51,505 bases of DNA, taken from positions 1 to 51,505 of the forward strand of contig CALLCZ010000021.1 of assembly GCA_937998645.1 (NCBI GenBank), given 5' to 3'. Shown here one piece after another: positions 1 to 10,012 of this stretch. This stretch comes from an uncultured Gammaproteobacteria bacterium. GTDB taxonomy: Bacteria > Pseudomonadota > Gammaproteobacteria > SZUA-229. The notes below the pieces were generated by a model, which was not told the origin of the DNA, did not search any database, and saw only the letters and a program-made list of their open reading frames with translations. Numbering within the stretch: the first letter of the stretch is position 1; each line of letters starts with the position of its first letter. A program made the position numbers and the translations under genes.

Positions 1-1596
1 CTCCAGGGTGAGATCGGTGCTGATATTGCTCGCAGTAACGCCGCTATCCAGATGCTCCAGTTTGATGTTAGCTGTGTCGACTGAATTTACGTTTGGTAAG
101 ACTTCGAATGCATGATCGAAAGACAGCCCGGAAAAGACAAGCTCGCGGTAATTGCCGCCGGCATCATCAAGCTTTACACGGCTTGTCAGTCTGAAGTCAC
201 TGTTTTGAGACCATGCGGCAGTGGATGTCAGTTCTACTCGTCCTGACAGCATGTCGAACGGATAAGTCCATGGGGTCAACAGCAGACTAAGCCTGCTGTT
301 CTCGGCATTTAGATCAAGCGGTTTTAACGGCTTGATGGAAAAACGGCCATGCTCCTTAACAAAATCATGAGCAAGTGCAAATGTAAAATGCCCTGGGACG
401 TTTGCAGTAGAAAAGTTTCCATCGGCTTGCAGATTTTCGGAGGTGGCTGATATTTGCGCAGTTATGTCCTTGAGCTGAAGTGTTTGCGATTCATAACCCG
501 GCGCAAGTTGTTCTGTGCTGATACCGCCTTTGTATTGCCAGGTGTCTGCAGAAGTCGAAAGCTTGCCGACCATATTGATTTGGGTGTTATTCAGGGAGAA
601 ACTTTCATACTCGAGGCTGTCGGTTTTAATGTGGGAGCCGTCCAGGATTGTAATCTGTTTGAAAGGATTGCTTGTGGGGTGTTCAAGCTCTAATTTAACA
701 ACAGCATTGGCCGCGCTGTACTTTCTGAAAGCAAGTCTGGCGGATATAGCGGTAATGGTTGAAACGATAACGCTATCGGATTCAAAGCTGGATGAGAACG
801 TGCCGTGAACTGTGCTCGTTTGATTAATGTCATCGATGTTTGTAAATGGCCGTAGCCATGATTTTAACGGCTGAGCATCAACATGGTACGAACCGTCTAT
901 AACCGTATCACGAATATTAAGCTCCAGCCCTGCAGCTACAGGCTCCTTTAATGCTGCATACCTGAGTTCAGCCAGAAGCGAGTCTTCCGTTAGTTTGTTG
1001 ATAACGAGCTGACGTGAATTATTATCTTGTCCGGAAGCTGTCTGTTCCAGCAGGGTAAATTCTGCATATGTATTTCCAGCATCGTTAGTTCCTTTCAAGT
1101 GAAAGGCTTTGCCCTGCATAACGCCAAAAGGCTCGCCCTCGAGCACCAGGTGTTCAACGATAAATGTATTAAAGATTATATATTCGCGTAAAGCGTGTCT
1201 CAGCGCAGCGATGATTTTTAGTGGCTCCAGTGCTTCATCAATAACTTGCGTTTTTTTCGAAGATTCTCCGCTGTTCACCTGGTGCAATACGAGTTTGTTG
1301 ATGGCCAGGTTTTCCATTCGACCCTGTGCCAGTTGGCCAGGAGCATAGTTCAGCTTAAGTTCATATGCTTCGAGCCGGAAATAACCTGTATCAGTCTTCA
1401 GGGTAAATTCGAATCGGGATATATGGCTTTGGTTCAAGCCAAGATAGTTGATCTCGGTCGCGATGTTGTTCAGCCCGTAAGCCTGCATGGATGATGAAAT
1501 GGCGAATTCAGAGAGTTGTATGCGGCCTGCCCAGGCACCCAGTAAAAGAGCAATTACAAGAAATATAAATATATACCGAAGCTTCAGTGATGACAT
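1..1596 (-). CDS. N-terminal 532 codons of a large membrane-anchored envelope protein, AsmA/YdbH-like by resemblance (3' end lies beyond the window start)
   Basis: Not in the supplied ORF track because there is no stop in the window. My hand translation of the minus strand from ATG 1596-1594 stays open for all 532 codons to position 1. It starts MSSLKLRYIFIFLVIALLLGAWAGRIQLSEF (hydrophobic anchor), followed by long beta-rich Ser/Thr/Asn-rich sequence (..RVKLDDAGGNYRELVFSGLSFDHAFEV..). The family call is from pattern memory only. Confidence 0.5.
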   Translation of the reverse strand, partial: MSSLKLRYIFIFLVIALLLGAWAGRIQLSEFAISSSMQAYGLNNIATEINYLGLNQSHISRFEFTLKTDTGYFRLEAYELKLNYAPGQLAQGRMENLAINKLVLHQVNSGESSKKTQVIDEALEPLKIIAALRHALREYIIFNTFIVEHLVLEGEPFGVMQGKAFHLKGTNDAGNTYAEFTLLEQTASGQDNNSRQLVINKLTEDSLLAELRYAALKEPVAAGLELNIRDTVIDGSYHVDAQPLKSWLRPFTNIDDINQTSTVHGTFSSSFESDSVIVSTITAISARLAFRKYSAANAVVKLELEHPTSNPFKQITILDGSHIKTDSLEYESFSLNNTQINMVGKLSTSADTWQYKGGISTEQLAPGYESQTLQLKDITAQISATSENLQADGNFSTANVPGHFTFALAHDFVKEHGRFSIKPLKPLDLNAENSRLSLLLTPWTYPFDMLSGRVELTSTAAWSQNSDFRLTSRVKLDDAGGNYRELVFSGLSFDHAFEVLPNVNSVDTANIKLEHLDSGVTASNISTDLTLE

Positions 1597-1731
1597 TGGC
1601 GGGTATCAGGATCAATCAGTCTGGCCATGAGAAAAATATACAGTAGATATTAATCGTGTAAATCGCTTTGTTATCTGGCGGTTGCCAGCAGGTTACCACC
1701 TGGAGAAATATTGTGCATGTTTGATGGGTAA

Positions 1732-1768
1732 GGAAAAAGGGGATAAAGAGCGAGTTACGCTCTTTATC
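1732..1768 (-). terminator. Rho-independent terminator downstream of the phoH-like gene
   Basis: Read on the minus strand: an 11-bp perfect stem GATAAAGAGCG/CGCTCTTTATC with a 5-nt loop, followed by CCCTTTTTCC. It lies 33 nt after the stop at 1801. Confidence 0.65.
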
Positions 1769-1800
1769 ACCTGCATAGTTAATGCATGATCATTAACAGG

Positions 1801-2586
1801 TCATAGGGCATTACAAAAACGATATCCGGGCGGGTTTCTGATTTCGTATTTCATAATGATATCTTTTACGATGCTGCTGCGAACAATGTCCTCGTATGTA
1901 AATTCATGGATATGCACGCCGTGAACATCGTGAACGCGGTTGATGGCGTCATGCAGGCCTGAACAGCTGTCTATATCGGACTGGCTCAGATCGCCGTTGA
2001 TGACAACAGTCGAATTTCTGCCGATGCGTGTCATGAACATCTTTATTTCTTCAGGGGCACAGTTTTGCGCCTCGTCAAGAACAACAAAACAACGGTTAAA
2101 CGTTTTGCCGCGCATATATGCGAGAGGTTCTACGACAATGTTGCCATTTTTTACCGCACACTCGATGACGCCTTTTCCTGCATTGCTGATGAGGCAGGAT
2201 TTAAACGCACTGAAGTAGGGGTCAAACTTATCTTCGAGTTTCCCGGGTAGAAAACCCATGCTGTTTCCGGTTTCAACTGCAGGACGGGTGAAGATGATTC
2301 TGTCTATATCGCCGGATATCAGAGCCTCTGCGGCCATTGCTGCAGTACAGTAACTTTTACCTGTTCCTGCCGGGCCGAGGCCAAACACCAGGGTGTTGTT
2401 TTTGATTGCAGCCATAAACTGACCCTGGGACTGGTTTTTGGCTTGGATCGGTTTTGGAAGGCTGGAGTGTTTTTGAGAAGGGGAGAAGGGGGTGGTGCTG
2501 TTCTGAATATCTATTACTGTTTGGTCACCTGTTAGATAGTCAATATGATATTTATTATTTTTATGCCTGCCATTCTTTCTCGACAT
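1801..2586 (-). CDS. phoH: PhoH-family ATPase
   Basis: Walker A LGPAGTGKS and Walker B-like FVVLDEAQN, with typical PhoH C-terminal sequence. I moved the start from 2640 to ATG 2586 (MSRKNG..), which is preceded by GAGGTG. Confidence 0.88.
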   Translation of the reverse strand: MSRKNGRHKNNKYHIDYLTGDQTVIDIQNSTTPFSPSQKHSSLPKPIQAKNQSQGQFMAAIKNNTLVFGLGPAGTGKSYCTAAMAAEALISGDIDRIIFTRPAVETGNSMGFLPGKLEDKFDPYFSAFKSCLISNAGKGVIECAVKNGNIVVEPLAYMRGKTFNRCFVVLDEAQNCAPEEIKMFMTRIGRNSTVVINGDLSQSDIDSCSGLHDAINRVHDVHGVHIHEFTYEDIVRSSIVKDIIMKYEIRNPPGYRFCNAL

Positions 2587-2767
2587 GTACACACCTCGGA
2601 CGAATGTTGATGAGTTGTTGAATAATGGTGTTTCATTCAACGATACCTAAATTAACGATAGCAGCCATCGATGTCAATATTGTTAATAATATATTATTAT
2701 GTGATTACTACAATGTTCCAGGTCGATGTAAAAATGAGTTATACGCGGGCTGGACCACGAGTTCATT

Positions 2768-3628
2768 ATGGCGAGAATATTAATAGCCGGGTGTGGTGAT
2801 ATCGGGCTTGCAGCAGGCCAGCTGCTTGCTGATGATGGCCACGATGTTGTTGGCCTGAGAAGGCATCCGCCAGCGAATGATAATAAAATCAGGTATATAA
2901 AAGCTGACCTGTCGAATCCTGCCGACCTGGAAAAGATCGACAGCGGTTTTGACCTGGTCATCTATATCCTTACGCCTGATGAACGCAGCGAACAATCATA
3001 CAGAAACGTATTCGAGTCGGGTGTTGCTAACCTGCTGAACTTTTTTTCAGAGAATAATCCCGACACAAGATTTTTATTTGTTTCTTCAACCAGTGTATAT
3101 GGCCAAACACATGGAGAATGGGTTGATGAGGACTCGGTGACCGAGCCGGACAGGATTACCGGCAAGATCATATTACAGGCAGAAAAAGCCTTTCTGGCTT
3201 ATAGCAGCAATAATTGCATCATCCGGTTTTCGGGCATATATGGTCGCGACCGAAGCCGTTTGCTTGATCTTGTGGCCAGATGTGACGAGGTCCAGTATCA
3301 ACCCGCGTATTATACAAACAGGATTCACCGCGATGACTGCATCGCTGTGTTGCGTTTTTTGTCGAACAAGATGATTGCCGGGGCGGCTCTTGAACCGGTA
3401 TACCTTGCCTCCGACGATGACCCGGCAGCGAAGTGGGATGTGTTTAATGATTTGGCCGACAAGCTCGGGGTTGAGCGACCTGAAAAGGCAATACTGCCGC
3501 AAGGCAGTGATCAAAACAAGCGCTGCAGTAACAGGCGTTTGAAACAACTGGGTTACAGCTTCATCTATAAAAGTTACCGCGATGGTTATAACTTCATCGA
3601 GCCTGGCTGCTATGGAAACACTGATTAA
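2768..3628 (+). CDS. NAD(P)-dependent SDR / epimerase-dehydratase family protein
   Basis: N-terminal Rossmann motif ILIAGCGDIGLAAG. Length and layout are typical of atypical SDRs. Confidence 0.75.
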   Translation: MARILIAGCGDIGLAAGQLLADDGHDVVGLRRHPPANDNKIRYIKADLSNPADLEKIDSGFDLVIYILTPDERSEQSYRNVFESGVANLLNFFSENNPDTRFLFVSSTSVYGQTHGEWVDEDSVTEPDRITGKIILQAEKAFLAYSSNNCIIRFSGIYGRDRSRLLDLVARCDEVQYQPAYYTNRIHRDDCIAVLRFLSNKMIAGAALEPVYLASDDDPAAKWDVFNDLADKLGVERPEKAILPQGSDQNKRCSNRRLKQLGYSFIYKSYRDGYNFIEPGCYGNTD

Positions 3629-3640
3629 TTCAGAGCTTCA

Positions 3641-5563
3641 CTAAATAATAAGCGGTGGTACCGGGCAATCGAGTATTGCTGAAATAGCCCGATAGATCTC
3701 TACTTCGTTCGAAGTTATTCTCCGGTCAGCAGTAATGCAGATAGCGCAGGCCTTGAGCAGACGTGGTTTTTCCAGTGGTTTAAGTCTTGCCAGTTTGTCG
3801 AGGGAACTGTTCAGGTCTTCCAGCTTGATGTCACTTTTTACCAGCGGTGAAATATTTTCCATACCCAGTTGCTCAATGGCTTTATTGAAAACGTCTTTAT
3901 CGCTGATACCCTGCTGCTTGCCTGAATAAACCAGAATGGATAACAGTATTGTCCACGCATCCTGCGTCTGTTTTAGCACCAGGTTTTGAGGCGTGGTCCC
4001 CGGTTTTTTGATGAACACGGGATCCAGGTGATGAAACACGATTTTTCGAATGGACCACTCGGGCAGGCTGATTTTGCTGTCGATTTCAATCAGGGTGTTC
4101 AGGTTTTGTTTGAATAATCTGTATTGATTCGCTGATAACTGATGCAGGGTCGCCAGCGCCATGTCCACGATGGGCAGGCGATATTCCTTTTTCAGTTCAT
4201 GACCGGCCTGCACCAGTTTCATGGTTTCTTCATAAACACCTGTATCAGCGGCAGATTTCAGGTGTTGAAGCTGTTCTGATTGCGCCGCCTGGTCTTTATC
4301 CAGTACCAGGAAATAGATAACCGCACGTGCAGCAAAAGGGTCGCTCACTGCAGTCGAGAATTCGGGCGGTAAATCATCGATCAGTTTACGGGCATACGCC
4401 AGATGCGACGGTGTTGGCTGCCCAATCTGATCGATGATTGTGCCACTGGTCATGGCAGCAGCAATTGCGGCCATGGTTGCAGTTTGTTGTTGCTGGAATG
4501 GTTTTTGCGCTGGTGTGCTCTCATCAGTCGCCAGATCAGCTTCTGTCGGCAATGAATAATCAAATTCCCCATTCCAGCCGGGCTGTATATTATAGATGCG
4601 TTTCTCCAGTGGCGGGTGGGTCGCATACAGGCTGCTGAGCCATGTTTTCATACCCTGGCTGAACAGCGCGTGGCTTATTTGCGCACCCGAGGGGTTTTCT
4701 ATAATCGAGCCGGTGGTATCCCCGCCGATGCGCTTGAGGGCCCCGGCAATACCGTCGGTGTTCCTGGTGAACTGTACAGCGGATGCGTCCGCAAGGAATT
4801 CGCGTTGTCTGCTGACAGCCGCCTTGATCAGGTTACCGAAAAAGGTGCCGGCATAACCGATCACAACCAGGCCCAGTCCCAGAACAGCTACGCCTCCGCT
4901 GTTTTTGGAGCGTCGTGAATGTGATGTGCTTCTTAGAATGTAATATCCAATAAGGCCGATCAGCAAAATGCCGTGGAGCAGGCCAATCAGGCGAATATTC
5001 AGCTTCATGTCGCCATTCAGGATGTGGCTGAATTCGTGGGCAATAACGCCCTGCAGTTGCTCGCGACCGAGCTTTTCAATAGCCCCTCGCGTTACTCCGA
5101 TAACTGCATCGCCTGGTTTGTAACCCGCTGCAAATGCATTAATACCGTCTTCATCGAGCAGGTATACCGGGGGGACGGGTGTGCCTGAAGCAATGGCCAT
5201 TTCTTCGACGACATTAAGCAGTCGCTGTCTTCTGAAGTCGTTATTGCCATTGACGACCAGCTCGGCATCGAGCATTTCTGCTACGCGAGCGCCACCTCCG
5301 GCGAGGGCAAGAATTTTATACAGGCTGCCAAGTGCGATGGTGATTGTTACTGCTGCGCCGATAACCAGGAATACCTGCCAGTCGATCTCCCGGATCCATA
5401 GTTCTGTATTGATACTGCCGGTCTGTTCAAGCTTGATATAGCCGAATACGAACATTACCAGCAGGTTCGTCATTACAATGAGCGAGATGACGGCAAGAGA
5501 AAACAGAACGACGAGCCGGCCGGTATTGTGACGGGCTTCATCCTGCGACTTGAAGAAATTCAT
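3641..5563 (-). CDS. M48-family (HtpX-like) zinc metalloprotease with a long C-terminal extension
   Basis: HEFSH (HExxH) motif, N-terminal and internal TM segments, and ATHPPLEKR after the protease core. A soluble tail of about 300 aa follows. The gene sits immediately downstream of lemA. Confidence 0.85.
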   Translation of the reverse strand: MNFFKSQDEARHNTGRLVVLFSLAVISLIVMTNLLVMFVFGYIKLEQTGSINTELWIREIDWQVFLVIGAAVTITIALGSLYKILALAGGGARVAEMLDAELVVNGNNDFRRQRLLNVVEEMAIASGTPVPPVYLLDEDGINAFAAGYKPGDAVIGVTRGAIEKLGREQLQGVIAHEFSHILNGDMKLNIRLIGLLHGILLIGLIGYYILRSTSHSRRSKNSGGVAVLGLGLVVIGYAGTFFGNLIKAAVSRQREFLADASAVQFTRNTDGIAGALKRIGGDTTGSIIENPSGAQISHALFSQGMKTWLSSLYATHPPLEKRIYNIQPGWNGEFDYSLPTEADLATDESTPAQKPFQQQQTATMAAIAAAMTSGTIIDQIGQPTPSHLAYARKLIDDLPPEFSTAVSDPFAARAVIYFLVLDKDQAAQSEQLQHLKSAADTGVYEETMKLVQAGHELKKEYRLPIVDMALATLHQLSANQYRLFKQNLNTLIEIDSKISLPEWSIRKIVFHHLDPVFIKKPGTTPQNLVLKQTQDAWTILLSILVYSGKQQGISDKDVFNKAIEQLGMENISPLVKSDIKLEDLNSSLDKLARLKPLEKPRLLKACAICITADRRITSNEVEIYRAISAILDCPVPPLII

Positions 5564-5583
5564 GGAATGAAATCAGTGCACCA

Positions 5584-6180
5584 CTAGAATGATACTTTGG
5601 GGGCCTGCTGAAAAGTGGCGCTGTCTTCGAATTCGAGCAGGCTTGCATCTTGCGCATGGCCGAAACTTGCGGCAAACAATACGGGCGGAAATGTCTGTTT
5701 GTAGGTATTGTATTCCATCACTGCATCGTTGAATGCCTGGCGGGCAAACGCGACCTTGTTTTCAGTGGTGGTCAGCTCTTCGCTGAGTTGCATCATGTTC
5801 TGGTTGGCCTTGAGATCTGGATAGGCCTCCATCACAACATTGAATTTGCCCAGTGCGCCGGCGAGTGCGCCTTCAGCGCCGATCAGCTCCGCAATTGCGG
5901 CCGCATTGCCGGGGTCAGAGGCGGCGGCTGAGAGTCCTTTGGCTGCGGCGTTTCGAGCTGTAATTACGGAATCAAGTGTCTCTCGCTCGTGCTTCATATA
6001 GCCTTTGGCGGTTTCAATAAGGTTTGGAATCAGGTCGTAGCGGCGTTTCAACTGAACCTCGATCTGAGCGAATGCGTTTTTGTAACGATTGCGCAAGCTG
6101 ACCAGGCTGTTGAATATGTTAATAACATAAAGAATGATCACCGCAATGATGACCAGAATTACAATCGTTGAGGTTTCCAT
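5584..6180 (-). CDS. lemA: LemA family protein
   Basis: Single N-terminal TM segment, then typical LemA sequence ([34 protein letters not shown]..). 20-nt gap to the M48 gene. Confidence 0.9.
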   Translation of the reverse strand: METSTIVILVIIAVIILYVINIFNSLVSLRNRYKNAFAQIEVQLKRRYDLIPNLIETAKGYMKHERETLDSVITARNAAAKGLSAAASDPGNAAAIAELIGAEGALAGALGKFNVVMEAYPDLKANQNMMQLSEELTTTENKVAFARQAFNDAVMEYNTYKQTFPPVLFAASFGHAQDASLLEFEDSATFQQAPKVSF

Positions 6181-6283
6181 GGGCTGTTCCTGTTGGCGAG
6201 TGCGAGATGATATCTAAACAGGATTAAAGACCATATCCTGCTGGCTCGCAAGCATATGGCGCAATGGCATGCTTAACCCGGTT

Positions 6284-6736
6284 TTACTGGTCCGGCGGGT
6301 TGCCCCAGTTGTTAACACCCTTTACGCCGGGCATTAAAAACAAGACAAGATAGAAAATCAGTACCACTGCGTAAAATGCGAATAATACCAGCTGGAATTT
6401 ATTCAGTAGTTCTGCGATATGAATATTAAGCAGCATGAGGTTGTGTGCATCCAGCAGCAGTGCTGTCCATGCCAGCCAGACGCGGTTGCCCCTGATATCC
6501 AGATCATGCAGTCGCTTGATTATAGAGGGTGTCCACAGGGCCAGCAACAGTATGCTTTGCAGGCTTTTTACATAGAGGTAGAGCGTGAGCGCACCATCCG
6601 TTTGCCGAATGTACTCCCTGTTGATAATCGACAGTAATATAAACAGGCACAGCATGAAAATGAATGAATGAAGAAATTCGATTCTGTTAATACGGCCTTT
6701 GGCAGAAAGCAGGTTCTGTAAAAAGTTCTTCAACAC
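6284..6736 (-). CDS. DUF805 family inner-membrane protein
   Basis: Motifs GRINRIEF, KRLHDLDIRG and the C-terminal GVKGVNNWGNPP match the DUF805 pattern as I remember it. Several TM segments. Confidence 0.75.
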   Translation of the reverse strand: MLKNFLQNLLSAKGRINRIEFLHSFIFMLCLFILLSIINREYIRQTDGALTLYLYVKSLQSILLLALWTPSIIKRLHDLDIRGNRVWLAWTALLLDAHNLMLLNIHIAELLNKFQLVLFAFYAVVLIFYLVLFLMPGVKGVNNWGNPPDQ

Positions 6737-6949
6737 TCAATGTCTGGTTGTTTACTCGAAAGTTGCATTTACTGTTACAGTGGCAATACTATACAGGGCC
6801 AGATAGCGATCATATGCATATTTGTATTGTATACGGAGATGTCCGTTGCCGGAGCATGAGACCATAAATCGTTTATATCATACATATGTGCTATCGAATT
6901 GTACGCCGGCGTATTTACAGATTTCAACAGTACATTGATCGACCTGGCA

Positions 6950-7426
6950 ATGAAAGAAAATATGAATACTATTTTAATCATCTTATTGATATGCGGTATC
7001 GCTTACCTGGCTTTGTTTCACCAGCCCAAACAGGAGACCCCGGCAGAGTTGAAACAATGGTTCAGTACGCAGATGGTTATGATCAGTGAGGGGCTGGAAA
7101 AAGATATCGCACTGGATAAGCAAGGGCAATATCCGCATTCCGGTAAACAGTCATTCGAACCGAAGGGGAGCATTACATATGTTCTGCTGGATAAAGACAG
7201 GACGAGGTTTGAGCTTTCTCAGTTTACTGAACTGGGCTCCAGTGATATCGAGTCAACGCGCGGTTATCTACAGCTGAAGAATAAGGCAGAGAACCTGGGG
7301 CTGAGCATCAGGCTGAATGAGATTGACGTTGAAGGCGACGGCGTGCAGACATGGAATGAACTTGATGAGTATATTGCTGATTATCCCAGGTTTTATACTG
7401 TTACCATTTCAGGCTGGTCAGTCTGA
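6950..7426 (+). CDS. Hypothetical protein with an N-terminal TM anchor
   Basis: The ORF spans 6899-7426. The ATG at 6950 gives MKENMNTILIILLICGIAYLALF.. (anchor or signal). I recognised no motif. Confidence 0.5.
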   Translation: MKENMNTILIILLICGIAYLALFHQPKQETPAELKQWFSTQMVMISEGLEKDIALDKQGQYPHSGKQSFEPKGSITYVLLDKDRTRFELSQFTELGSSDIESTRGYLQLKNKAENLGLSIRLNEIDVEGDGVQTWNELDEYIADYPRFYTVTISGWSV

Positions 7427-7448
7427 ACAGTTTTGTTTTTATATTGAG

Positions 7449-7607
7449 TCACATCAGGCCATTCGTTTCTGATACCGGGCTATCATCGCCCAATAATTCG
7501 AAAATTTCATCGTCTATAATCAGCTCAAGTTCACTGTCATCCGCAACAGACTCGGCCAGCCGGGTTTTGGCTGCCATAATGCGTTCAATATCAACTTCGG
7601 TTAGCAT
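7449..7607 (-). CDS. Small (52 aa) highly acidic hypothetical protein
   Basis: Hand translation: MLTEVDIERIMAAKTRLAESVADDSELELIIDDEIFELLGDDSPVSETNGLM. GGAGA lies 5 nt upstream of the ATG. The ORF is below the length cut-off of the supplied track. Confidence 0.4.
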   Translation of the reverse strand: MLTEVDIERIMAAKTRLAESVADDSELELIIDDEIFELLGDDSPVSETNGLM

Positions 7608-7840
7608 GGTTATCTCCAGTGTGTTTCTTGATTTGTCACCATGCTTTATAGGCCAGGGAAATGTCGGTTTTGTTACAAAATCATGAAGAATGTGTGGCGT
7701 TTAAAAGGGTTGTTTATCTGTAATATGCGGGCTAGCAAGCGCGCGAGAAGTTAAAAATTGAAACGATTGTTGAAAAAAGGTTTCACGCCGGTAAGGGCGC
7801 CCTGGTGCGGGTGGTCGCTGTAAAGCCCTGAGCAGGTTGA

Positions 7841-9922
7841 TTATCGGAAGTCCCAGCGGTAACCGAGCATAAAGAATAAATTGCTATTGCCAAGCGATTG
7901 TCCATTAATGTCTTCGCTGGTGTCATCAAAACCAATTTCAAAATCGAAGCGAACTTTGTTCAGGTACTGGTAATCTGTTCTGAGCAGTGCTCTGATTTTG
8001 CTCTGTGTGCGGCCATCCGAGCTTGTGCGTATGTCGTATTGCAGGCGTGGATTGATACGCCAGTCCCGGGAGACGGGAAATCTGGTGTTGGCAATAAACG
8101 CCCAGGTATCTGATTGTTCGGTATCCAGGTAACGAATGCCGAGTACGCCTGTATCTCTTTTTAAGATCAGGTTATTACCGACGATCTGCGCGCTGATAAA
8201 ATAATCTGTACCGGTAGAGGGTGTTGCGGGAACACCACCGGAGGCTTCGGTTCCGTCAACCTTGGAGAAAGTGATGTCGGCATTGGCCTGAAACTTCTCG
8301 CTAATAGGTTGAGAGCCGCCTAGTGTGATCGTTGCACTATCGGCAGTGCGGTCGCGTGCAAGTTGATATATCTGCTCAATGCTTAGTGTTTGCTGGAGTT
8401 CCTCAATAGACTCTGCTGTCTGTCCTATGAGTGCATTGCTTGTAGCCAGTACCGGCGCTTTGCGAAGAAATGCGTTCATGTAAGCAGTGCGGCCTCTGTC
8501 GAAGAGCAGGTTGGCGTTGAGTTGCAGTATGTTGATTTCATTGAAATTCAGATCATAATCAATCATGCCGAATATTGACTTGGTTTTGTCGTTGTAACGA
8601 ATTTCAGTACCGGTACTGGTGCGGTCGTCGAGGCCATCGATATCCTGGTCGAAAAAGAACAGGTTCATATCCCAGTTTTGAAGAAATGTTCCTGTTTCAA
8701 ATATAAACCCATAGAAAGACTTGTGTTGATTGATGGAGGTCTTGTTGTCGATATCTACCGGATAGCCCGCAAGTGCATTCAAGCGCATATTGGGTGTGAA
8801 CTGGTAGCCGGCCGAAATTCCGTCAAATCGTTTCAGGATGCCGCCAATGCGCAATGCCTGCCGGCCAAACCTGCCGGATGTTCCGCTTTTTCTTGAGCTC
8901 AATTCATAAAATGCTTCGATGAACCTGAATGAGTTTTTGTCATCGTCATCAAGAAAGTCATAAGTGTCATCTGCAGAGAAACGAAAGTTCTGGTCGAAGT
9001 TGGGTGTCTGATAGTTTGTGTTAAGGTCAAGAAACGTAATCAGTTGAGACAGATTTGTGAATGATCCATCGACACCATCCACTTCAGCAATGTCTTTGCG
9101 ATAATACTGTGAAAAGCTCCCGTACGTTGTTATCTTTCCTTTCTCTTCCTTTTCATCATCTTCCACGTGGATCTTGTCTCTTGGACCCTTGGTGGATGTC
9201 AGCAGGCCGGTAAGGCGTTGCTTGACACGTATGGCGCCCTCTCCTGTCGGATATTTTTCAAGATAGTCCTCATAGATAGCAGCGGCATGTGCGTTTTGCC
9301 CGTTGCGTTGCCTCGACAGACCCAGCAGTTCAAGCGCTTCACTGGAATATTTGTGGTCACCAGCGGCTATGATTGCCGTTAAGTAACGAATAGCCTGCGA
9401 GTAGTCCTGTTTCTTGAAATCGTTTTTTGCGCGTTGCATCAGGCTGTCAAGCTGCTTATCAGTCAATGATGATTTATTGCCTGCCGATGTTTGCTTCTTA
9501 GTCTTGGTTGTTCGCTTTTTAGATGATGTTTTTGAAACCGGTACAACCAGTGCCGTGTTTGGTGCGGCTTTAACTTCGCTTGCGCTTGCTTCTCTCAGCC
9601 ATGCGCCAGGATAAAGCTTTTCAACATCATTCAATACCAGAACGGCTGCCTGACGGCTGCTGAAAAAGCCCAGATTCAGCCGTTCATATGGCTTGCCTTT
9701 AACTGTAGTTTGAGTGACATATACAGTACGCCCTTCAAGTAGCGGGCTTTTCTTCGGCTGCCATTTAAGATTGGTACCTGGCGCGGAGGCAAGCACGATA
9801 ACGTAAGAAGACGATTTGCCTGCAGCCTGAGCATCACTCGATACAAAGAGTTGAATGATGAGTAAAGCGGTGCAAATTAAGCCCGTTAATAAGTGTTGGC
9901 GCAACATTGTAGGTGGCGTCAT
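7841..9922 (-). CDS. Outer-membrane protein: signal peptide, SPOR-like domain, Lys/Thr-rich linker, TPR region, C-terminal beta-barrel
   Basis: Signal peptide ..VSSDAQA/AGK. SPOR-like stretch YVIVLASAPG..YERLNLGFFSSRQAAVLVLNDVEKLYPGAW. TPR-like helices QDYSQAIRYLTAIIAAGDHKYSSEALELLGLSRQRNGQNAHAAAIYEDYLEKYP. The last ~430 aa have alternating hydrophobic residues and end MLGYRWDFR. Confidence 0.7.
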   Translation of the reverse strand: MTPPTMLRQHLLTGLICTALLIIQLFVSSDAQAAGKSSSYVIVLASAPGTNLKWQPKKSPLLEGRTVYVTQTTVKGKPYERLNLGFFSSRQAAVLVLNDVEKLYPGAWLREASASEVKAAPNTALVVPVSKTSSKKRTTKTKKQTSAGNKSSLTDKQLDSLMQRAKNDFKKQDYSQAIRYLTAIIAAGDHKYSSEALELLGLSRQRNGQNAHAAAIYEDYLEKYPTGEGAIRVKQRLTGLLTSTKGPRDKIHVEDDEKEEKGKITTYGSFSQYYRKDIAEVDGVDGSFTNLSQLITFLDLNTNYQTPNFDQNFRFSADDTYDFLDDDDKNSFRFIEAFYELSSRKSGTSGRFGRQALRIGGILKRFDGISAGYQFTPNMRLNALAGYPVDIDNKTSINQHKSFYGFIFETGTFLQNWDMNLFFFDQDIDGLDDRTSTGTEIRYNDKTKSIFGMIDYDLNFNEINILQLNANLLFDRGRTAYMNAFLRKAPVLATSNALIGQTAESIEELQQTLSIEQIYQLARDRTADSATITLGGSQPISEKFQANADITFSKVDGTEASGGVPATPSTGTDYFISAQIVGNNLILKRDTGVLGIRYLDTEQSDTWAFIANTRFPVSRDWRINPRLQYDIRTSSDGRTQSKIRALLRTDYQYLNKVRFDFEIGFDDTSEDINGQSLGNSNLFFMLGYRWDFR

Positions 9923-10012
9923 GTATATGATTTTGTTGTTAGATCAGCTTGTTATTTTTTATTATTTTGGGTATGCCATTTCTATTGCTGACTGGCGCAT
10001 CCTGGTAGCTTG

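Noticed and set aside
7444-7686. 80-aa plus-strand ORF
   Set aside because: It has a TTG start and a Ser-rich low-complexity product. It overlaps a better-supported small minus-strand ORF that has an SD.
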